A stretch of 64,000 nucleotides of DNA from Octopus bimaculoides (taxonomy: Eukaryota). Of this stretch, positions 41,448 to 54,584 are shown in pieces. Below the pieces are notes generated by a model, which searched no databases, was not told where the DNA came from, and saw only the letters and a list, made by a program, of their open reading frames with translations. Position numbers and translations under genes: made by a program. The DNA is taken from assembly GCF_001194135.2 (NCBI RefSeq), contig NC_068992.1, forward strand, positions 66,758,928-66,822,927. The letters are read 5' to 3'. Within the stretch, counting starts at the first letter, position 1. The number at the start of each line of letters is the position of its first letter.

Positions 41448-42278
41448 CTGAATTTTATTTGTGTATTTAATCAACGTAAATGCAACGATACCATCGAATA
41501 ATAAATATATGGATTAGCAGAACTTAAAATCCAATCAATATTGAGCTTATGATAAATGCTTATGTATTACTCACACATCGGAGTATTAACAGCGATTTAC
41601 AATGATAAAACACTACAAAGAACAAAGCAAAAAAAAAAAAAGAGGAAAAACAATAACAAATAACAACATAAAAAGACAAAAAGAAAAACCTCAGAAAACC
41701 TGGGAAAATGGAAGCAGTAGGAATTCTGCTATTTTGAAATCGAGAAAATAGCAAGAAGACATTTAAAAAACAAACAAAAAAAAAACAGAAAGCTGAAAGT
41801 GTATCTTTAAGTAAGAGCAGAAAATAGCTGTTGGTGTTGAACACAGGCTATATATATATATGTATATANNNNNNNNNNNNNNNNNNNNNNNNNNNNNNNN
41901 NNNNNNNNNNNNNNNNNNNNNNNNNNNNNNNNNNNNNNNNNNNNNNNNNNNNNNNNNNNNNNNNNNNNNNNNNNNNNNNNNNNNNNNNNNNNNNNNNNNN
42001 NNNNNNNNNNNNNNNNNNNNNNNNNNNNNNNNNNNNNNNNNNNNNNNNNNNNNNNNNNNNNNNNNNNNNNNNNNNNNNNNNNNNNNNNNNNNNNNNNNNN
42101 NNNNNNNNNNNNNNNNNNNNNNNNNNATATATTTCTGAATTTTTCGAGATCTTTTTATATTTTTTCGCATTATATGTGCATGCATAAAGAAATATAATTT
42201 TATATGTATCGCTATTACTATGTGAATATCTATCCCTCTATACAGATATATATAAATGCACACATGCATGTATATTGC

Positions 42279-42312
<34 letters not shown>

Positions 42313-42416
42313 ATATATATACATACATGCACTTATATATAAATATACATATACGTATATATACATAAATACATTCGTATATAAATATATTTATACATAA
42401 CAAGATATTAAAAAAA

Positions 42417-42466
<50 letters not shown>

Positions 42467-42476
42467 NNNNNNNNNN

Positions 42477-42507
<31 letters not shown>

Positions 42508-43220
42508 TGTGTGTGTGTGTGTATGTAAGCATGTATGCTTAGAAAGTATGTATGTCTAGGTGTACGCAGGCATGTAGGTTTGGCGTTATTTGTTTTTCTT
42601 TGTTAGCTCTTTCAATACAATTAGATATTTCAACACAGCAGTAGGAGAAACTACAGGAATATCAATTTTTCTACTGAATGTTAACGTTTTCATTTTTTTT
42701 TAAATTCAGAAATATTGTTTCAAGTGCAGAAAACTGCTACAATTTTACAATTTCCTCTTATTTTACAAATTTACTGAATATCATGTTTTTGTAAATCCTC
42801 ACACGGCATGATGCCTAGCAGGGTCCTAGTTGGGCGTCTCTTTGTATGTGTGTATGTGTGTATGTATGTATGTATGTATGTATGTATGCATGTGTATATG
42901 TATGTATGACTGTATATGTATATATATATATATATATGTATACATGTATGTATAAATGTGTGTGTGTGTATTAGTATATATATATATATATATTTACATG
43001 TATGATAAGTGTATGTGTATATTAATATATGTACAAATGATACGTATATATATATAAGAATGTACGTGGTTCTGTGCGCAAATACACATGTATATAATAA
43101 TATAATATAATATAATATAATATAATATAATATAATATACGCTTACTGATACTGATATGGTTTCTATATTCGCGAATTGCCTTAGACTACGAAGGCCTGC
43201 AACTTTGTCGTGATATAAAG

Positions 43221-43253
<33 letters not shown>

Positions 43254-44744
43254 TATATNNNNNNNNNNNNNNNNNNNNNNNNNNNNNNNNNNNNNNNNNN
43301 NNNNNNNNNNNNNNNNNNNNNNNNNNNNNNNNNNNNNNNNNNNNNNNNNNNNNNNNNNNNNNNNNNNNNNNNNNNNNNNNNNNNNNNNNNNNNNNNNNNN
43401 NNNNNNNNNNNNNNNNNNNNNNNNNNNNNNNNNNNNNNNNNNNNNNNNNNNNNNNNNNNNNNNNNNNNNNNNNNNNNNNNNNNNNNNNNNNNNNNNNNNN
43501 NNNNNNNNNNNNNNNNNNNNNNNNNNNNNNNNNNNNNNNNNNNNNNNNNNNNNNNNNNNNNNNNNNNNNNNNNNNNNNNNNNNNNNNNNNNNNNNNNNNN
43601 NNNNNNNNNNNNNNNNNNNNNNNNNNNNNNNNNNNNNNNNNNNNNNNNNNNNNNNNNNNNNNNNNNNNNNNNNNNNNNNNNNNNNNNNNNNNNNNNNNNN
43701 NNNNNNNNNNNNNNNNNNNNNNNNNNNNNNNNNNNNNNNNNNNNNNNNNNNNNNNNNNNNNNNNNNNNNNNNNNNNNNNNNNNNNNNNNNNNNNNNNNNN
43801 NNNNNNNNNNNNNATATATATATATATATAGTCAATTCAAATAAACAAAGAATTAAAAATAGAGAAAAAGACAAAAAGAAAACGAATGAGAGGACGTGCA
43901 CAAGAAATATATTACTTTGGCTCTCGGTGAAGGGGTTAAGTTGTTAATGTTTTGTGCATAGCTTTTCGTCGGAAATAGGAAAATTCAGAGAGAAATAACG
44001 AAAAATAAGGAAAAATCTCCAACAGTAAATGTACGGTTATATTTCCAAAGTGACCGGAAGTGAAAGGAGACAGATAAAGTGGTTTCTGGGACAGGAGAGT
44101 GTAAAGATGGTTGGTATGTGTATGTGTGTGTGTGTGGGGGGGGGGGGGTAAGTGTAAATATGAAAGCAAATTGCTAGATGCGGATATATAAAGTTTCGAG
44201 AATAGAGAGAGAGCCGGCTTCCCCTCTGCTATGATCAGTATCGCTTATGCCCCAGGATCAAAATCCTGATGAGTTTATAAGAGAACGAGATCGCGTGCAA
44301 TAATTCTCGCTGCTCTCATTTCATCTGTTCTAATGTTGTGTGAGAGAGACGTAACCTCCGATCACTTCTTTAGTTAGACATTGCTGACAGCTAAATTCCG
44401 CCCCCTCCAACGCACGGTAGGAAGTGTGATAGGACATTCACAGATAGTAATAAACCTCATTGGCTTCTATAACAAATGATTTTTTGGAAATACTCTGACC
44501 AAATTCAAGAATGTCACAATCAATTTGATTTTGTGTCAGACGGCTGCTAAATAAAGTTGCTTTTTTTCCTTCTCCTCGCTTCCAATACCAAATATATCTT
44601 CGTAGTTAACATATATGTTTACATTTATCTACCTTTGTTAATTATTCGATTTTTGCATTTATATTTTATTTTGTTTGTTCTATAAATCACATGTCACACT
44701 GAAATATATACTGGCTCGATATCACCGCCTAAAACCACCGAAGG

Positions 44745-45185
44745 CTCTTCCCTAGCATGGCCGCAGTCGAATCCCTGAAACCAATAAAATGATAAAGAAT
44801 AGTCTATCAAGGAGTACACTATCTAATGTAATATCCCTTTTAAACGCTATTATGTAATCTGAGGGAGATTTGCCTGTTATTTCCAGTATGTCAAATAACC
44901 ACCTAGAGGCTCACACTTTTGCTGACTCAAGATATCATCGTTGCTGTTGTTTTAATTTCGCCCAAGGTCAGCCATGATCGAGCAAGCCTATGATCAAACG
45001 CTTTCTAGCCGTGGCTTTACCTTCTTCTTTGGAAGTCCATTGTTCAATGTGTGAACTATAAGACAAGATTATATGATTCGAGGGAGACTTTGCTGATATT
45101 TCTAGCAGTATGAGCGACTGTGTAGAAGCTCTTAAGTTTCCTGAAAGAAATGCAAGCAGCGGAAATGAAGTAGAATAGTTCTCTC
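44745..45185 (+). mobile_element. Cluster of interspersed-repeat fragments (SINE B 3' end plus an unclassified family also seen at 49590-49715 and 51520-51690)
   Basis: gcatggccgcagtcgaat; gagggagatttgcctgttatttcc occurs twice; 45065-45185 is the reverse-complement homolog of 49590-49715. Confidence 0.6.
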
Positions 45186-45705
45186 CAGGAATCGAAACCA
45201 GAGGTGTTGAAATCGACGACACGGTTCGTTATCGAACCTCTTCACCACTTACTCCACGACCACCTCATCGAAATCCCATCGATATGTATTTAGCTAAAAG
45301 TAAGCAGTGATTGATGTCCGTAATCTAACGTTTGTCACCAGAAAATGAGTTTATTTGTTCGGCATTTGCCGGAAACTAGGTGGAACATATCTCTGGTGGC
45401 TGATAGACTGTTGTTGCTTTGACATTGTCTCTTGATTAGTTCAGAGGAACCGAAACTGTAAAGGAAAGAGTGAGAAAGGGAGAGAGAGAGAGAGAGAGAG
45501 AGAAGAAGAAAGTGCGCGTGTGTGTGTATGTGTGGCTGGAGTAAAACGACTACGAATAAAGATACACTCACACATATATACACACGGACACACAAAACCA
45601 TACAAAGTCAAATACTCAGACAAACATCACAGACAACCACAATCGCACATAGAGACAGATGCACACACAAAACATTCAGATCTACGCGAACACACACACA
45701 CACAC

Positions 45706-45783
<78 letters not shown>

Positions 45784-46328
45784 ACACACGTATATTATCG
45801 ATTCTTTTTCGAACAGGAACATAATAAATGTTAGTAAAGGAAGCTATATTATTGTTGATGGAACCGACCGCTCAATGTTATTGGTGTATTCTGTAACAAG
45901 TACGGTGCAGTAGTGAAAGCACACAGACTCCATTGAGACAGGGTTGCCACATTCGTTTATAAACAAAACCACTTCTTTTATGTTTTCACCGGCTGCAATC
46001 GTTGAACGGCGGTCATGCTGTTCCTTCATTTTTAAAAGGTAGATTCATCGATTATATTGACATCAGTACTTTGTTTATCAGCGGTGAAGGCAAAGTCAAT
46101 ATTGACGTCACTGGACATAACTTCGAGAGAAATAAATACCACGAAGTGCATTTGTTCCACGCACACCCCATTCGGAAACAAACAGAAACGAGCGCGCGCG
46201 TGTATTCGCGTGTATGCCTCCGCGCACATATGACAAATTGGAAGTTTGATAGATGGAACGCACGAAACTCACTGCACTAGAGTCACTTACATGGCTTTAC
46301 AACCGAATAATATATAATATATAATACA

Positions 46329-46389
<61 letters not shown>

Positions 46390-46395
<6 letters not shown>

Positions 46396-46922
46396 ATACA
46401 GTGTATATTTAAACGCATAAGAGGAGTCCACTTATGAGATTCCTTACGCTAGAAAGAACAGCAAGATTCTAGAACCACAAAATTAGGGATAAAATTCCGA
46501 AAGGAACGAAGGACCAATTGGTTTCTGCCTTTAGTTTAGCAAATGAGATAATTTACTAGGTGAACTCGTTTTCAACAGGTACACCTTAGATTAGAATATA
46601 TAAACATGAGGCAATCAATTATATGCCTCCCGTTTATACATCCTAACTTTTTCAAATCTATTGCGCAGGCGCAGCTCCTCGCCGGCAATAAAAGAATGCC
46701 AACTTATAAAATTCAAATATTATCCAAAAACTTACAATACTTCATCATATCGAAGGGAAATGGAAATTGATAAAAATTTTCACTTCCAGTGGCGTAGCGT
46801 ATAAAAGTTGAGTCCAAAGACTATGAATTACTTATAAGATACAGTGTATATTTAAACACATAAGAGGAATCCACTCATGGGATTCCATACGTTAGAAAGA
46901 ACAGCTAGGTTCTAGAACCACA
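46390..46922. repeat. Two 90-bp direct repeats (46390-46479 and 46833-46922) around a 353-bp unique core
   Basis: tataagatacagtgtatatttaaac..ataagagga.tccact.atg.gattcc.tacg.tagaaagaacagc.ag.ttctagaaccaca; 8 mismatches by eye. Confidence 0.85.
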
Positions 46923-47200
46923 TTCCTGTGTTACTAGAGCCATGTGTGATAGTGCAGAGTCTTACTGAAACACATTTGGCCTTCTATTGCATACACTGTC
47001 TATCCAGGGCTTAACAATTATTTCCAAGACCTTAATGTAGGCGGCAGAGTTAACTCTAATATTTTGTGGAAAGAAGTAAGGAGGCATCACATGTCCTTCA
47101 TTGCTGACAACCCTTAAAACTATGACTGTTACAGAAAATTTTGTATGCATAAGACTTGGAACTTCAAAAGGGTCTTCACTTAACTATCTGCCGAACTGTT
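46921..47200 (-). mobile_element. Tc1/mariner-superfamily (maT/DD37D-like) transposase fragment, pseudogenised
   Basis: R*LSEDPFEVPSLMHTKFSVTVIVLRVVSNEGHVMPPYFFPQNIRVNSAAYIKVLEIIVKPWIDSVCNRRPNVFQ*DSALSH, matching the TKFPxxVMVxGxVSxEGxxMPPxFF...FQQDSAPxH catalytic-domain pattern. Confidence 0.85.
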
Positions 47201-47626
47201 GCAGAAGGGAAGTAGCGTGACAATGTATAAGTAAATAAAAAAAATTAAAAAGTGACAGATGCACCCAAAATATGATTAATGAACGAAACAAAAACTGTTG
47301 GACTAAATATGCATCGCATCTTCATCTATCCAAGTGAAATACAGCGAACATGTGATATTGTCGTCTATACACACACAAAAACTTTTTGTTTCCATGTTTC
47401 TAGTATTATATGTGTAAAACACACAAAAGAAGAGAAGTGATTGTTGCATATGCAGTCTCAGTGTCGAGGAAGACTGAATAATTAGCAACACTGGTAACAA
47501 TTCATGATAGCTTCCGCTTCTTGGAAGCAGGCTGTACTTAAATGAGTAGATAAGCATTCACCAACCCATACAGTTACATATATAATACCTACACACACAT
47601 GAAAGAAAGCGAGAGCCTTTGTGTGA

Positions 47627-47631
<5 letters not shown>

Positions 47632-47712
<81 letters not shown>
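47632..47712. repeat. (GA)n microsatellite running into a gap
   Basis: Direct reading. Confidence 0.95.
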
Positions 47713-48300
47713 NNNNNNNNNNNNNNNNNNNNNNNNNNNNNNNNNNNNNNNNNNNNNNNNNNNNNNNNNNNNNNNNNNNNNNNNNNNNNNNNNNNNNNNN
47801 NNNNNNNNNNNNNNNNNNNNNNNNNNNNNNNNNNNNNNNNNNNNNNNNNNNNNNNNNNNNNNNNNNNNNNNNNNNNNNNNNNNNNNNNNNNNNNNNNNNN
47901 NNNNNNNNNNNNNNNNNNNNNNNNNNNNNNNNNNNNNNNNNNNNNNNNNNNNNNNNNNNNNNNNNNNNNNNNNNNNNNNNNNNNNNNNNNNNNNNNNNNN
48001 NNNNNNNNNNNNNNNNNNNNNNNNNNNNNNNNNNNNNNNNNNNNNNNNNNNNNNNNNNNNNNNNNNNNNNNNNNNNNNNNNNNNNNNNNNNNNNNNNNNN
48101 NNNNNNNNNNNNNNNNNNNNNNNNNNNNNNNNNNNNNNNNNNNNNNNNNNNNNNNNNNNNNNNNNNNNNNNNNNNNNNNNNNNNNNNNNNNNNNNNNNNN
48201 NNNNNNNNNNNNNNNNNNNNNNNNNNNNNNNNNNNNNNNNNNNNNNNNNNNNNNNNNNNNNNNNNNNNNNNNNNNNNNNNNNNNNNNNNNNNNNNNNNNN

Positions 48301-48342
<42 letters not shown>

Positions 48343-48710
48343 ATATGCATACATTATATATCTCTCGCAGATACCTGTAGGTATATATATTATGTGTGCA
48401 CGTCTGTGTGTACTAGTGTGTATGTATATGTACGCATTTGTGGTGCATCTATCATATTTTATCGACAAAGAACTAAATTGTCAACTGCTCCTCCTCTACT
48501 GCCCTCTCCTCCACCATCCCCGTCTATTTCATCGAAAATCTGCTTCTGCTACGATGTAATTTCTGATCAGTCGTTCTTTGTGACAAGATTCTGTGATATA
48601 ACCAACCTGAACCCAAAAGCTGTCAATGCCTGCCGTTGTTTCAGAAAACATATCTCATTCTCACCGCCATCATCACCTCATGACTTAGCCCTTCATTACA
48701 ATGATTGTCT

Positions 48711-48713
<3 letters not shown>

Positions 48714-48769
<56 letters not shown>

Positions 48770-48835
48770 TATTATTATTATTATTATTTTTATTATTTTT
48801 ATTTTTATTATTATTATTATCATCACCATCATCAT
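48714..48835. repeat. (TAA)n joined directly to (TTA)n, then (CAT)n
   Basis: Direct reading. The strand switch is at about 48769. Confidence 0.93.
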
Positions 48836-48980
48836 GATTCAGCAGTTGCCATGTTTTTATAGCGAGCTTTCCCCAAACTACTGAGCGTAGCCATACGAGT
48901 ATCGGCTACAAACATTGCTTTGTTTCGTTTCCTATTTCCTCTTGTATTATGAGTAGTCTATACAATATGTAGAAACTTGC

Positions 48981-49215
48981 AAGGCGGTGAGAGATGGCTG
49001 GATCTTGTAAGGCGGTGAGAGCTGGCACGTCGGGAAGAATGCTTAGCGGCATTTCGTCCGTCATTACGTTATGAGTTCAAACTGTCCCGAGGTCGACTTT
49101 GTCTTTCAACCTTTCGGAATCGGTAAAATAGATATTAGTTGAGCAAACGGGGGTTGATATAATTGACTTATCCGCTCTCCAAAGTTGCTGGCCTTGTGCT
49201 AAAATTTTAAACCAA
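48981..49215 (+). mobile_element. SINE family A with a duplicated head segment
   Basis: aaggcggtgagag occurs twice, then gaatgcttagcggcatttcgtccgtcattacgttatgagttcaaa...gaggtcgactttgtctttca...gctggccttgtgctaaaa. Confidence 0.88.
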
Positions 49216-49589
49216 TACATACAAACTTGTTAGGAGCATATTCTAAACCATATGAAAAGCATTCACAGAAAAATGGGTTTTCGCCTATTTATTCAGCGAA
49301 TGTCTGCAGCGAGGAATTTTCTCCGTTGCAAAATATAATGAATGACTTTCTCACGAATTCGAACGTGCCTCAAGCAGGCTTGAACTGGAAAGAAGTTCGT
49401 ATTTATACACATCACCGCTTAACGCTTCTTCTCTCGTATTCTATGTAATATATATGCAGTACCTCGTGACTTTGCTTTCAGTAAGGTGTGTATATTTGTA
49501 AGTCCTGTCATTTGTTCGTATGTCTTTTTAATTATTTCTAGTAAATGAATCATCATCATCATGCGTTTTGCGTCTTCCTTCAGTTTTGT

Positions 49590-49715
49590 TTCTACTTCTT
49601 GCCGAGTGGCTTCCCGACATTTCCGTTGCTTGCATTCCTTTCAGAAAACATGAGAGTTTCTATACAGTCGTTCGGACTGCTAGAAATATCAGGAAAATCT
49701 CCCTCGAATCATATT
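49590..49715 (-). mobile_element. Unclassified interspersed repeat (inverted homolog of 45065-45185)
   Basis: ttccgttgcttgcattcctttcagaaaac...gctagaaatatcaggaaaatctccctcgaatcatat. Confidence 0.65.
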
Positions 49716-49726
49716 TCAGTTGCTCC

Positions 49727-49778
<52 letters not shown>

Positions 49779-52700
49779 AATGAAAGACAGAAGATAGAAT
49801 ATACGAGAATTAATCATTAATCACGACAATTGTTTCGATACATCTAGTATTGATCATGTGTGAGACACTCAACAACTGGTTCAGGAACATCCGGCGGTGC
49901 AGATGTATCTCGTCGGGTGATAAATAAATGCAACTTGTTAAAACGGAGGAAATATATTTATTTATATAGATCAAAAACAAAATCACAAATGGCAAAAAGA
50001 GAAACGGATACGCAATCCAGCAAGAAAAGTATATGTGTGTGTGTGTGTATTTACATATGCGTATGTATGTATACACACAAACATTTATAACGGGCTTCTG
50101 CAGACTTCCCGTCTACGAAATACCACTCGTAAAAGTTGCTTACTCGACCTGCGTGCGAAACGAACTTATTAACCAGTGATTTGGCAGCATACGATCTACC
50201 GACTGTGTATCATCAGACAACTACGACTTTAAGTTACTGATTTCAAGGAACAGAGCAGCTACGGTGAGTTTATTAGCATAAAGATATTTATTGTTTCCTA
50301 AAGCATCTTTGCATGTATTACGCTCTTGTATTATCTTCTTACAGCGATGTGGAGCGATTATTGCGATTTACATATCTTGTATATGAATACTGAATGTTTC
50401 TGATGACGAGATATGAACTTGTAGCCCTTGGGCAAGTTGTTCGATATCCTATCAACTCATCTTCTGACTCTAATCTCATTATATCTTTTCATGACGATGT
50501 AAAACTTAATTAACAATGAATTTTTCTTTTTATATATGGCTATAATATAATTACATTTTAATTTTTAATTAGAAATCAATATCTTGATTTATTGTTATAC
50601 TATAATTGAATTTTTTTAAAGAATTTTAATTAAAAATAAATATTTTCTTTTCAGCTGAAAACCATGTTCTGCAAGAAGAGTTTCTGTATTCCATTGAAAT
50701 ACACTTCAAAACGTAATTCATGTTGATTTTTCGATTCCTTTCAAATGAATGGCAATCGGCACCAGTGGAATTTGAACTAAGAGCTGTGTCGTATGTATAA
50801 ATATTTGTTTTTCAAATGCTATCTCTTGCTGATATGGAAGTTTTTCCTGAGGTGTATTGCCTGGCAATTCTTTCTCCAGACAATAGGGTCCACGGCGCCA
50901 TCCTTTACCACTTAAGACTAAAACCAAATAATTTCTTTAACTTCCAGAGTGTTATGTGTTTTTTTTTTTTTACCATATCTCAATAAAAAATGTAGTTTGA
51001 ATGTAATTGCCGAATTCATTAGCAAAAGCCAGCCTAATTAAATTTTACTCACAATTTTAACGTTGATTTCTGGGAAACTACATGCATATTTATAATTTGG
51101 TCCATTCATGCTATTTGCAGGAATATGTGTTGGTAGCATTGACTGGGGAAGGGGAGAGGGTTGTGACGGTGTCGCTTCAACAGTCTTCAGTACTACACTT
51201 TGTTGAAAACGATTGTGGAATAACAAAAGTGTTTGATGGCCAAATGGATGATGTAAGAGCTACTGCATCAACGTCACCAAAAATCATCATTCAGACAAAA
51301 CAGTCAAATATTTATGTTACGTACGTAGTTTATACTTTCACCGCAAGATTGATCATTTTTAGCCAGAATACTTTCAGGAAAAAATAATAGAATTGTTTTA
51401 TGCTGTCTACTTTTTCAATTTATCTGGCTTCAAACATTTACGTCTCTCAGAGAATTTTACGTGAAATGGGAAATGATTTCAGCTTATTTCAAAAACTTTT
51501 CTGAATCCGTTGTTACTGTTGTTTAGCCCAAGGTTGACTCTGGTCGAACGGATCCATGATCAAAGATGTTTCAGCTATAATCAAGAGTTATTAAGAAAGT
51601 GTTCATCTATTGTTAAAATACATGCATGCAATTTGAGGAAGATATAGTTGCTATTTTTAGCAGGTCGGGTAGCCACGTAGAGTTTTCCTCAGTCGTCTGA
51701 TTTGCAACAGTTGTCAAATTGATTCAAGAGAGTTCCGCCGGTTTCAATGAGAATGCTCTTCACCATTGAGAGTTCAATACCACTTTCAGCCGATATAGAG
51801 ATTAAGGCTCATATCAGCCGATAGCGTATCCAATATATATATTAATGGTCTCAAAATTGCCGAGGTGTCCCCAGGGGTAAATCGAGGTAAATATTCTATA
51901 TTTTCATCAAATGTTTTATTGTAGATTCTCTTCGTATCTTTGTTTAATTCACATAAACTCATAGCACTGATTACCTGTTGAATCGTTGTGCACTCTCAGT
52001 GATTAACTTCCTCGCTTAGAATAACTAAAATTGCACTGCATACGTTCATGTGCGATTGTCTACTATGCATGTAAACGCACGCGCGTACACACATGCACAC
52101 ACGTAAATAATATGTGTGTGCCTCTATCTGTATATACATGTATACATATATTAATACATATAATCTAAGCACACACACGGACACACATAAACACACTCAT
52201 TTATGTGTACACATACAATCGTAATATGTAGTGTTCATATTCTTTTTTGTAATATGATGAGCTAAATTCAGATGCTACCTTAGCATCCAGGGAACGAGTT
52301 TCTTTCAGAGGAATGCTAAATCTCTTTAATGTTCACAATCTAATCAAACAAAAATCAGTTTTACTGGGACATGCTTTATGAAATTCCATATAGAAATAAA
52401 TCTATGTTCCATATTATCACTGGTTTTCTTCCATTTTCTATTCTGCTGTCTTTCATCTAATATTTTCAGAAACATTTTTTTTCTGCTTCTCTGCATATGC
52501 TGTTGTTTATATAATTATTTGTTACCTATAAACTGCTTATTTAAAACAAAGCACAACCCTTCCACCACCAAAAAACAAAAAACAAAAAAAACCTGCTTTT
52601 CGTAGATATTTTATTAAACATACAACAGACAATTATTATTTTGGAGTCGGCGTGAAATTCATTGATTTCAAACGCTCTGCATAAAAGACTTATTCCAGTC

Positions 52701-53391
52701 AAAAGCAAATAGTATTGACAATCACAATATAGTTTACTTTGAAGTTGAATTAATGTAGTAAACTTTCCCCTAGAGCAAAATAAGTCAAACCCCCTACTTT
52801 CAATATTTTCTTTGTTTCTGCCTGTCTATCTGTCTCTGTAACTCCCTCTCTCTCTCTTCTCTTTCTCTTTCTCTGTTTGTCTCTCTGTCTGTCTTTGTCT
52901 CTGTCTCTCTCTCCCTCTATTTCTCTTTCTCTTTATGCCGATGTATACTATCGCAGCCAGTCACCCCCCACCATCTAGTCAGGAAATTGTTTTCTGCATG
53001 AAACCTCATGCAGAGTTAAATTTAGAAATGGTTTGAAGCAAATGTCCTCTACTGTTTCGTTTATTTTTGCATTTAATCTAATATTTTAAAGAAAACATTC
53101 CATTTGATTTCTGTGTTGCACAAAAGGTAACGTAGTGTGTTGATGGTGTCTGCGTGCGTGATATCCGACACGTTAATATTAACAATTTCCACTCAGAGAT
53201 CTGTAAAAATAAGTTAATTTACTCAGATTTTGTTGCCAACATATTTTTATTGATTTAGCAAACTTGTTAGAGGGAAAGAAAATGGTTGAAAGATGAAACA
53301 GATTAAATGCCTTACTTCATATCTAGCTTTTCGTTTTGAGTTCAAATATAGACTATGTATTAAGGTATTAAGTAGATTTTTATTATGTTAC

Positions 53392-53520
53392 AGGTATGGC
53401 TGTGAAGTTAAGAAGTACCCGAACCAACCATGTGGTGCCTTGTTCGATCCCAATCCACAGCAACAAGGCAAGTGCTTTTTGTAAGTGACTCGAGGTAAGA
53501 AGTGTCTTATGTATAAGTTA
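53392..53520 (+). mobile_element. Degenerate SINE family B head
   Basis: caggtatggctgtgaagttaagaag...aaccatgtggt...gttcgatccc...ggcaagtgcttt. Confidence 0.5.
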
Positions 53521-53764
53521 TTTGTGTGAGAAAGTCTATGTCCACAAACGTATATGTGTGTGCGTGTATATACACACACACACGCACACACACACACACA
53601 CATACACATATATATATGTATATATTCTCATCCAAAATGTAGAAGAGTACCAACATTTCCATGTGGTATGCTTAAACAATTGATTGTGAAAATCTTTTCA
53701 TATGAAATCAATGGTTGACTTGTTAACTCACAAATAAAGTATACATATAACCAAATGAATAATA

Positions 53765-53978
53765 TTTTCTACTTTAGGCACAAGGCCCGAAATTTTGGGG
53801 GAGGGGGGGGCAGTCGATTAGATCGACTCCAGTACGCAAGTGGTACTTAATTTATCGACCCCGAAAGGATGAAAGGCAAAGCTGACCTCGGTAGGATTTG
53901 AACTCAGAACATAAAGACAGACGAAATACCGCTAAGAATTCCACCCGGCGTGCTAACGACTCTGCCAGTTCGCCGCCT
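53765..53978 (-). mobile_element. Full-length SINE family A with 19-bp target-site duplication
   Basis: Least diverged copy in the window. TSD tataaccaaatgaataata at 53746-53764 and 53980-53998. B-box-like GAGTTCAAATCC on the minus strand. Confidence 0.93.
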
Positions 53979-53979
53979 T

Positions 53980-54083
53980 TATAACCAAATGAATAATAAC
54001 AGACAATGGATAATTGTCAGGTTATTACAGCAATGTAATGAGCAGACGATTATGCATCGTCTGTTATTATTCATTTGATTATA
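53980..54083. mobile_element. About 104-bp MITE-like hairpin with 29-bp TIRs ending in TA
   Basis: tataaccaaatgaataataacagacaatg versus the reverse complement of catcgtctgttattattcatttgattata (2 mismatches). Confidence 0.7.
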
Positions 54084-54243
54084 ACACACCAACGGAATTG
54101 ACGACACGTCGGTCGCCCACGTGTATATCAATAAAGTACAATGAACGTAACGTGAACTTTGGACCAGCCCCTGGGCACTAAATGCTCATTGGGTTGGTGT
54201 TCTCTGTCTACACAACCCGAATATCCTCCTTGATATATGTGTG

Positions 54244-54297
<54 letters not shown>

Positions 54298-54534
54298 NNN
54301 NNNNNNNNNNNNNNNNNNNNNNNNNNNNNNNNNNNNNNNNNNNNNNNNNNNNNNNNNNNNNNNNNNNNNNNNNNNNNNNNNNNNNNNNNNNNNNNNNNNN
54401 NNNNNNNNNNNNNNNNNNNNNNNNNNNNNNNNNNNNNNNNNNNNNNNNNNNNNNNNNNNNNNNNNNNNNNNNNNNNNNNNNNNNNNNNNNNNNNNNNNNN
54501 NNNNNNNNNNNNNNNNNNNNNNNNNNNNNNNNNN

Positions 54535-54584
<50 letters not shown>

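Noticed and set aside
46002-46280. 92-aa plus ORF (GEGKVNIDVTGHNFERNKYHEVHLFHAHP)
   Set aside because: No family recognised, weak donor, non-ATG start.
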